A stretch of 64,000 nucleotides of DNA from an uncultured Ruminococcus sp. (GTDB lineage Bacteria; Bacillota; Clostridia; Oscillospirales; Acutalibacteraceae). Position numbers and translations under genes: made by a program. Shown here one piece after another: positions 58,047 through 64,000 of the stretch; the stretch's first letter is position 1; every line of letters begins with the position of its first letter. The stretch spans positions 2,154-66,153 of the forward strand of contig CACYFH010000001.1 of NCBI GenBank assembly GCA_902773635.1, in the 5' to 3' direction. The notes under the pieces were generated by a model. The model made no database searches and was not told the DNA's origin. It saw only the letters and a list, made by a program, of their open reading frames with translations.

Positions 58047-59048
58047 ATGAAAAAGCATTATTTCGGAAAGATCCTTGCGCTGGTCATGGCGGTGTGCATG
58101 CTCTCATGCTGTCTCGTCGCCTGCGGAGGCAAGGAAATAGCGCTGACGGTGAATGACCGCGGCACTAAGACTGAGGTCACCGCGAACGTCGGCAACACCG
58201 TCGCTCAGGTGCTCGAGAAGGCGCAGATCACTCTCGGCGAGAAGGACGAGACCGAGCCCGCCAAGGACGCGAAGATCACTGAGGACGTCAAGGAGATCAT
58301 CGTGAAGCGTTACGCAAAGATCACCGTTGTTCTCGGCGACGAGAAGAAGGAGATCGAGATGGTCGGCGGTACTGTTGAGGACGCGATCAAGAAGGCTGGC
58401 TATACGCTCGACGGCGGTATCACCTCTGACACCCCCGCGACCGATTACGTCAAGGACGGCATGACGATCACCCTGACCAAGGGCTTGACCGTTGAGCTGA
58501 CGATGGATGGCAAGACCACAACTATCTCCACCTCCGCAAAAACCGTCGCCGATCTCGCAAACGAGCTGAAGCTCGGTGCTGATGACGAGCTGAGCGAGAA
58601 GGCGGAGACCGCGATCACCGACGGCATGAAGCTCACCGTTCGCCGCGTCGAGTACAAAGAGGTCAAAGAGACCGAGAAGATCAGCTTCGAGACCGAGGAA
58701 CGCTACAGCGATTCCATCTCCTCCGGTTCCAGCGAAGTGACCCAGGAGGGCGTCGACGGCGAGAAGGAAGTTACCTATAAGGTCAAGTACGTTGACGGCA
58801 AGGAGGATTCCCGCAAGTCCGTCAGCGAGAAGGTCACCAAAGAGCCTGTCAACAAGATCGTCACCTACGGTACTGCTTCCGATGACAGCGGTTACAGCGA
58901 CGGCGGCAATCAGGGCGGCGGCTCCGATTCCACACCCGCAGGTCGTACCGTTGTCTCCAAACAGCAGGTCCCCGACTGTGACGGCTCCGGTCACGGCTAC
59001 TACATCATCACCTATTCCGACGGCTCTGAGGAGTACGAGGTATACTGA
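58047..59048 (+). CDS. Lipoprotein with three DUF348 (ubiquitin-like) domains and a G5 domain, YabE-like but lacking a catalytic domain
   Basis: Lipobox LVAC; TVxxxL..LGxxD repeats; G5 motif VTQEGVDGEK..PVNKIVTYGT; short C-terminal DCDGSGHGYY motif. Confidence 0.8.
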   Translation: MKKHYFGKILALVMAVCMLSCCLVACGGKEIALTVNDRGTKTEVTANVGNTVAQVLEKAQITLGEKDETEPAKDAKITEDVKEIIVKRYAKITVVLGDEKKEIEMVGGTVEDAIKKAGYTLDGGITSDTPATDYVKDGMTITLTKGLTVELTMDGKTTTISTSAKTVADLANELKLGADDELSEKAETAITDGMKLTVRRVEYKEVKETEKISFETEERYSDSISSGSSEVTQEGVDGEKEVTYKVKYVDGKEDSRKSVSEKVTKEPVNKIVTYGTASDDSGYSDGGNQGGGSDSTPAGRTVVSKQQVPDCDGSGHGYYIITYSDGSEEYEVY

Positions 59049-59063
59049 TCCCGCACACAACAT

Positions 59064-59094
59064 AAAGCCCCTGTTCACGTTGAACAGGGGCTTT
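59064..59094. terminator. Bidirectional terminator
   Basis: AAAGCCCCTGTTCA-cgt-TGAACAGGGGCTTT. Confidence 0.75.
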
Positions 59095-59114
59095 GCTTAT
59101 GCGTTATTTCTGTA

Positions 59115-59546
59115 TTACAGCTTCGCCATATCCTCTTCGGTGACGAGGCTGATGCCGTTTTCCGCGAGGATCTTCTCCGCCTCTGCGTTGTCGGCGACGC
59201 GCAGGACAACGTAAGCATACTGCTTGGAGACGGTGATGAAGGCGTACATGTACTCGATGTTGATGTTGTGATCGGCGAGCAGCTTGACGACCTTGGCGAG
59301 AGCGCCCGGCTCGTCCTTGACGGCGACGCCGACGACCTCGGTGACGGAGACGAAGGCGCCCGCCTCGTCCAGCGCTTGCTTCGCCTTGTCGACGTCGGTC
59401 ACGATCAGGCGGAAGATACCGAAATCGTTGGTATCCGCAACGCTCATCGCGCGGATATCAACGCCGGACTTGGCGATCGCGTCGGTCACGGTGACGAGGG
59501 TGCCTTCACGGTTCTCTACAAAAATGGATAACTGTTTGATGGCCAT
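59115..59546 (-). CDS. Tandem ACT-domain amino-acid-binding protein
   Basis: QLSIFVENREGTL..DIRAMSVADTNDFGIFRLIV; INIEYMYAF. Confidence 0.9.
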   Translation of the reverse strand: MAIKQLSIFVENREGTLVTVTDAIAKSGVDIRAMSVADTNDFGIFRLIVTDVDKAKQALDEAGAFVSVTEVVGVAVKDEPGALAKVVKLLADHNINIEYMYAFITVSKQYAYVVLRVADNAEAEKILAENGISLVTEEDMAKL

Positions 59547-59558
59547 AGTGAATCTCCT

Positions 59559-60878
59559 TTATACGTTAATACCGATTTTCTTACGGTTATCAATGACGCG
59601 GACAGCCTTGCCCTCGCTGCGGGCGATGCTCTTCGGCGCGACCAGACGGATGGTCGGGTTGATGCCGAGCATCTCCTTCATCGCCGCCTGGATCTGCTTC
59701 TCCTTCTTGGTGATGACCTTCGGCGTATCGGAGAAGTCCTCGGGGAGCATTTCGACGTGGATCTCGAAGGTATCCGTGTTGTTCACGCGGTCAACGAGGA
59801 TCTGGTAGTTCGGCGCGTAGCCCTTATTGAGCAGGACTGCCTCGATCTGGCTCGGGAATACGTTCACACCGCGAATGATCATCATATCGTCGGAGCGGCC
59901 CATCGGCTTGTGCATCTTGATGAAGGTCCTGCCGCAGGAGCACTTCTCTCTCGTGAGCACGGTGATATCGCGGGTGCGGTATCTCAGAAGGGGGAAGGCT
60001 TCTTTATCGAGAGAGGTGAACACCAGCTCGCCCTTGGCACCCTCGGGGAGCACCTCGCCGGTATCCGGGTCGATGATCTCCGCGTAGAAGTGATCCTCAT
60101 TGATGTGCATGCCGGTCTGACACTCGCACTCAAAGGCGACGCCGGGACCGCTGGTCTCGGTCAGACCGTAGATATCATATGCCTTGATGCCGAGGGATTT
60201 CTCGATATCTCTGCGCATTTCCTCCGTCCAGGGCTCAGCGCCGAAGATACCGGCTTTGAGCTTGTTGTCCTCCGGCTTGTAGCCCTTCTCCTTTAAGCTC
60301 TCGCCGATATAGGCGGCATAGGAGGGGGTACAGCAGAGAATGGTGGAATTCAGATCCATCATGAACTGGATCTGGCGGTTGGTGTTGCCGCTGGACATCG
60401 GCAGGGTCAGACAGCCGACCTTGTGAGAGCCTCCGTGCAGTCCTGAACCGCCGGTAAACAGACCGTAGCCGTAGCAGACCTGTACGACGTCCTCCTCGTT
60501 GCCGCCTGCCGCTACGATTGCTCTCGCACAGCAGTCCTCCCACAAATCAATATCGTTCTGCGTATAGAATGCGACGACGCGCTTTCCGGTCGTACCGGAG
60601 GTGGAATGGATGCGGACGCAGTTGTTGAGGTCGGTCGCCAGCATGCCGTAGGGATAGGCTTCTCTGAGGTCGTCCTTCTTGAGGAAGGGGAGCTTGCTGA
60701 TATCGGAGAGACACTTGATATCCTCGGGCTTGACGCCCTTTTCGTCCATCAGGTTGCGGTAGTACTCCACGTTGTCGTAGACGTACTTCACCTGCTTGAT
60801 CAGCTTCTCTTCCTGAAGCTTCTTGATGTCCTCGACCTGCATGGTTTCAGCTTCGGGCTGGTAGTATTTTTTCTGCAT
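59559..60878 (-). CDS. paaK: Phenylacetate--CoA ligase family protein
   Basis: HSTSGTTG; YGLFTGG; FGAEPW; DIYGLTE; RYRTRD; GRSDDMMIIRGVNVFPSQIE. Confidence 0.9.
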   Translation of the reverse strand: MQKKYYQPEAETMQVEDIKKLQEEKLIKQVKYVYDNVEYYRNLMDEKGVKPEDIKCLSDISKLPFLKKDDLREAYPYGMLATDLNNCVRIHSTSGTTGKRVVAFYTQNDIDLWEDCCARAIVAAGGNEEDVVQVCYGYGLFTGGSGLHGGSHKVGCLTLPMSSGNTNRQIQFMMDLNSTILCCTPSYAAYIGESLKEKGYKPEDNKLKAGIFGAEPWTEEMRRDIEKSLGIKAYDIYGLTETSGPGVAFECECQTGMHINEDHFYAEIIDPDTGEVLPEGAKGELVFTSLDKEAFPLLRYRTRDITVLTREKCSCGRTFIKMHKPMGRSDDMMIIRGVNVFPSQIEAVLLNKGYAPNYQILVDRVNNTDTFEIHVEMLPEDFSDTPKVITKKEKQIQAAMKEMLGINPTIRLVAPKSIARSEGKAVRVIDNRKKIGINV

Positions 60879-60920
60879 GGGACTCATCCTTTCATGTTTT
60901 TTCATATACTAAAACTGCAC

Positions 60921-61490
60921 TCAGCAGTTATATCCCAAATCAAACGCCTTCTTGTTGATCTCAACGAACTGCGGCTTGACGCACTTTTCAATTGCTGTGA
61001 GCCACTTTTCCTTCGGCATATCGAAATACTTTGCCAGTCTGCCCATCAGTACGATATTGCACGCCTTGGACGAGCCCGCTTCATTCGCAAGCGCTAAAGC
61101 GTCGATATCGTCCACATGGATGCCCTTGTCCTTCATCTCGGTGATGATGTCGACGGGATAGGTCGCCGCGCCGATGATCACGGGCATCGGGTCGATCTGC
61201 TGGGTGTTGACGATGATCGTGCCGTCCTTTTTGAGATTCTGTACATAGCGCGCCGCTTCGATCTTCTCAAAGCTGACGATGAAATCTGCCTCGCCGTCCT
61301 CGATAACGGGGGAGTAGACCTTGTCGCCGAAGCGGACGTAGGTGACGACGGAGCCGCCGCGCTGGCTCATTCCGTGTACCTCGGATACTTTTACGTCGTA
61401 GCCTTCATCGACGAGCAGTCTGCCGAGCAGCTTGGACGCGAGCAGAGAGCCTTGTCCGCCGACGCCGACGATCATGATGTTCTTAGTCAT
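60921..61490 (-). CDS. iorB: Indolepyruvate:ferredoxin oxidoreductase beta subunit
   Basis: GVGGQG; SEVHGMSQRGGSV. Confidence 0.92.
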   Translation of the reverse strand: MTKNIMIVGVGGQGSLLASKLLGRLLVDEGYDVKVSEVHGMSQRGGSVVTYVRFGDKVYSPVIEDGEADFIVSFEKIEAARYVQNLKKDGTIIVNTQQIDPMPVIIGAATYPVDIITEMKDKGIHVDDIDALALANEAGSSKACNIVLMGRLAKYFDMPKEKWLTAIEKCVKPQFVEINKKAFDLGYNC

Positions 61491-63231
61491 TTGCGGGCAC
61501 CTCGCTTTCAAATGCGTCAAAGGGACAGAGCTGAGCGCAAACGCCGCAGCCGACGCAAAGGGTGGTATCTACAGTGGCGTGACCGTCGCGGAAGGAGATG
61601 GACGGACAGCCGAACTTCATACATTTCTTACAGCCGCGGCACTTCTCGGGGTTTACCCACAGCGGCTTCTTGGGCTTGACGTATTTGAGGAGCACGCACG
61701 GACGGCGGGAGATAATCACGGACGGCTCGTTTTTCGCAAGCTCCTCCTTGACGACCTTCTCACATTCCTCTAAGTTATACGGATCGACAACGCGCACGGA
61801 GTTGATGCCGATGCTGTGGCATAGATCCTCCAGATTGACCTTGCCGGCGGGATCGCCCTTGATGGAGTAGCCGGTGGTGGGGTTCTGCTGGTGACCGGTC
61901 ATGCCGGTGATGGAGTTGTCGAGGATGATGACGGTGGAATTGCTCTGGTTGTAGGCAATGTTGATCAGCCCCGTTACGCCGGAGTGCATGAAGGTGGAGT
62001 CGCCGATCACGCAGACGGTCTTGCCTTCGGTCTCCTCGCCGCCGGCTTTGTTATAGCCGTGGATGCCGGAGACGGACGCGCCCATGCACAGGGTCATGTC
62101 GAGCGCGTTCAGGGGCGGCGCGGCGCCTAAGGTGTAGCAGCCGATATCACCCAGCACGGTAATTTTGTTCTTTGCGAGAACGTAATACATGCCGCGGTGC
62201 GGACAGCCGGAGCACATCATCGGAGGACGGACGGGGATCTCGGTGTCAAGGCTGAAAACGGTCTTATCCGCCATCTCAAACGCCTGCTCGATGCTCTTCT
62301 GGCTGAATTCGCCGAGGATGGAGAACTTGTCCTTGCCGATGACCTCCACGCCGATGTTCCTGCAATGGGTCTCGACGATCGGGTCGAGCTCCTCGATCAC
62401 ATAGACCTTGCCGACTTTTGCTGCGAAATCCTTGATCAGCTTCACGGGGAGCGGGTTGATCATGCCGAGCTTGAGGACGGGCACGCTGTCGCCGAACGCC
62501 TCTTTGACGTACTGATAAGAGGTGGAGGAGGTGATGATGCCGAAGTCCTTGGAGCCGTCGCCTTCCTCAATGCGATTGAGGGGAGAGGTCTCCGCGTATT
62601 CGGTCAGCTTTTTGGTGCGTTCCTCCACGAACGGATGACGGCGGATCGCGTTGCCCGGCGTCATGATGTATTTCTGCGGATTCTTCACATATTCCTTCGT
62701 GACCTCAGTGCGCTCGCCCAGCTCCACGATGCTCTGGGAGTGCGCGACGCGCGTGCACATTTTGAGCAGGACAGGGGTGTCGAACTGCTCGGAGATCTCA
62801 TATGCGAGCTTCGCGAAGTCGAGCGCCTCCTGAGAGTCGGACGGCTCAAGCATGGGGATCTTCGCCGCGATCGCGTAATGGCGGGAATCCTGCTCGTTTT
62901 GGGAGCTGTGCATGCCGGGATCATCGGCGACGCAGATGACGATACCCGCGTTCACACCGGTGTAGGACATGGTGAACAGCGGGTCGGCGGCGACGTTCAA
63001 GCCGACGTGCTTCATACAGCAGGCGGAGCGCTTGCCGCGTAAAGCGGAGCCGAAGGCGGCTTCCATCGCGACCTTCTCGTTTGGCGCCCACTCGCAGTAG
63101 GCGTCGTTGTACTTTGCAAAAAACTCGGTAATCTCTGTGCTGGGAGTGCCGGGGTAGCTGGAAATGACCGCACAGCCCGCTTCATACAGACCGCGCGCTA
63201 CCGCCGCATTACCGATCAATAAATCTTTCAT
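61483..63231 (-). CDS. iorA: Indolepyruvate:ferredoxin oxidoreductase alpha subunit
   Basis: YPGTPSTEI; KHVGLNVAADP; CSGCPH; GDIGCY; GDSTF TPP motif; two CxxCxxC ferredoxin clusters. Confidence 0.93.
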   Translation of the reverse strand: MKDLLIGNAAVARGLYEAGCAVISSYPGTPSTEITEFFAKYNDAYCEWAPNEKVAMEAAFGSALRGKRSACCMKHVGLNVAADPLFTMSYTGVNAGIVICVADDPGMHSSQNEQDSRHYAIAAKIPMLEPSDSQEALDFAKLAYEISEQFDTPVLLKMCTRVAHSQSIVELGERTEVTKEYVKNPQKYIMTPGNAIRRHPFVEERTKKLTEYAETSPLNRIEEGDGSKDFGIITSSTSYQYVKEAFGDSVPVLKLGMINPLPVKLIKDFAAKVGKVYVIEELDPIVETHCRNIGVEVIGKDKFSILGEFSQKSIEQAFEMADKTVFSLDTEIPVRPPMMCSGCPHRGMYYVLAKNKITVLGDIGCYTLGAAPPLNALDMTLCMGASVSGIHGYNKAGGEETEGKTVCVIGDSTFMHSGVTGLINIAYNQSNSTVIILDNSITGMTGHQQNPTTGYSIKGDPAGKVNLEDLCHSIGINSVRVVDPYNLEECEKVVKEELAKNEPSVIISRRPCVLLKYVKPKKPLWVNPEKCRGCKKCMKFGCPSISFRDGHATVDTTLCVGCGVCAQLCPFDAFESEVPAND

Positions 63232-63264
63232 ATGTTTCACCTTTATATTCAATATATTGATAGA

Positions 63265-63391
63265 TGTCATTCCGAGGTGCAAACGCAGTTCGTACCGTGG
63301 GAATCCCACAAAGCGGGAAGCAAACGTTTTTACATCAAACAGAATTTACGACCGGGGGATTGCCACGTCGCGTTCCGCTCCTCGCAATGAC
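63265..63391. repeat. GTCATT(G/C)CGAG-type composite palindromic repeat element
   Basis: TGTCATTCCGAGG..GTGGGAATCCC ... GGGGATTGCCACG..CCTCGCAATGAC; the termini are inverted repeats. Confidence 0.7.
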
Positions 63392-63401
63392 GGATCGAAA
63401 A

Positions 63402-64000
63402 TTACTGGTTTCTCAGATCGACGATCCTCTTCGCCTTGCCCTGGAAGCGCTCGAGGGTCTTGGGCGCGACGAGCGTGACCTTGGTACGCAGACCGAGGAT
63501 GCTTTGTAATTTCGCTTCAATGCTCTTTTTCAGGTTATCGAGCATCTGGTAATTGTCGAGGAGCGCTTCGTTGATGACCTCGACCTTGATCTCCAGGCTG
63601 TCGCGGTAGTTCTGGCGGGTGATGTAGAGCATGTAGTGCGGCGCGATATCGGGGATGTTGATGAGGATGTTCTCGATCTGGGTCGGGAAGACGTTGACGC
63701 CCTTGATGATGAGCATATCGTCTGTTCTGCCCATGGTCTTTGCCATTCTGCAATGGGTTCTGCCGCAGGAGCAGGGCTGATAACTGAGCTTCGTGATATC
63801 CTTGGTGCGGTATCGGAGCACGGGCATACCCTTGCGGGTCAGGGTGGTGACGACCAGCTCGCCGACCTCGCCCTCGCCCAGCTTCTTGCCGGTGTCGGTG
63901 TCGATGATCTCGGGCAGGAAGTGATCCTCCGCGAAGTGCATGCCGTCTCTCGCTTCACAGTCGCCGGAGACGCCGGGACCGCCCAGCTCCGTCATACCGT
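63402..64000 (-). CDS. paaK: Second phenylacetate--CoA ligase paralog (5' end outside window)
   Basis: TELGGPGV; RYRTKD; GRTDDMLIIKGVNVFPTQIE; GKAKRIVDLR. Confidence 0.88.
   Translation of the reverse strand, partial: GMTELGGPGVSGDCEARDGMHFAEDHFLPEIIDTDTGKKLGEGEVGELVVTTLTRKGMPVLRYRTKDITKLSYQPCSCGRTHCRMAKTMGRTDDMLIIKGVNVFPTQIENILINIPDIAPHYMLYITRQNYRDSLEIKVEVINEALLDNYQMLDNLKKSIEAKLQSILGLRTKVTLVAPKTLERFQGKAKRIVDLRNQ

Overview
Mostly core-genome window from a moderately high-GC Clostridia/Oscillospiraceae bacterium that looks like an amylolytic Ruminococcus (R. bromii-type dockerins, sporulation genes); the taxonomy is an inference. It holds housekeeping genes (T-box-controlled thrS, rpmE, dnaG-rpoD, hslO, six tRNAs, tmk, mltG, alaS, rpmB, scpAB, rluB, tmcAL/ackA), three dockerin-bearing secreted proteins including a multi-CBM GH13 amylase, a sortase B with its substrate, a transcarboxylase-like trio, an MBOAT/AlgJ-type O-acylation operon and an IorAB/PaaK aromatic-acid cluster. 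I saw no CRISPR array, prophage, integrase or transposase. The most striking unexplained structure is a 33-bp inverted repeat made of heptamer units that brackets the thrS cistron exactly and would place its stop codon next to its own ribosome-binding site. Other notable items are a DnaA-box cluster between convergent genes, covarying GTAG-type REP elements, three GTTAG-N6-CTAAC operators at the flavodoxin operon, two apparently inactivated enzymes (VanY-like and carboxyltransferase-like), a Tyr-rich disordered tail on the sortase, and a catalytic-domain-less YabE-like lipoprotein in the acylation operon. All calls come from reading motifs by eye; no database searches or folding calculations were run.
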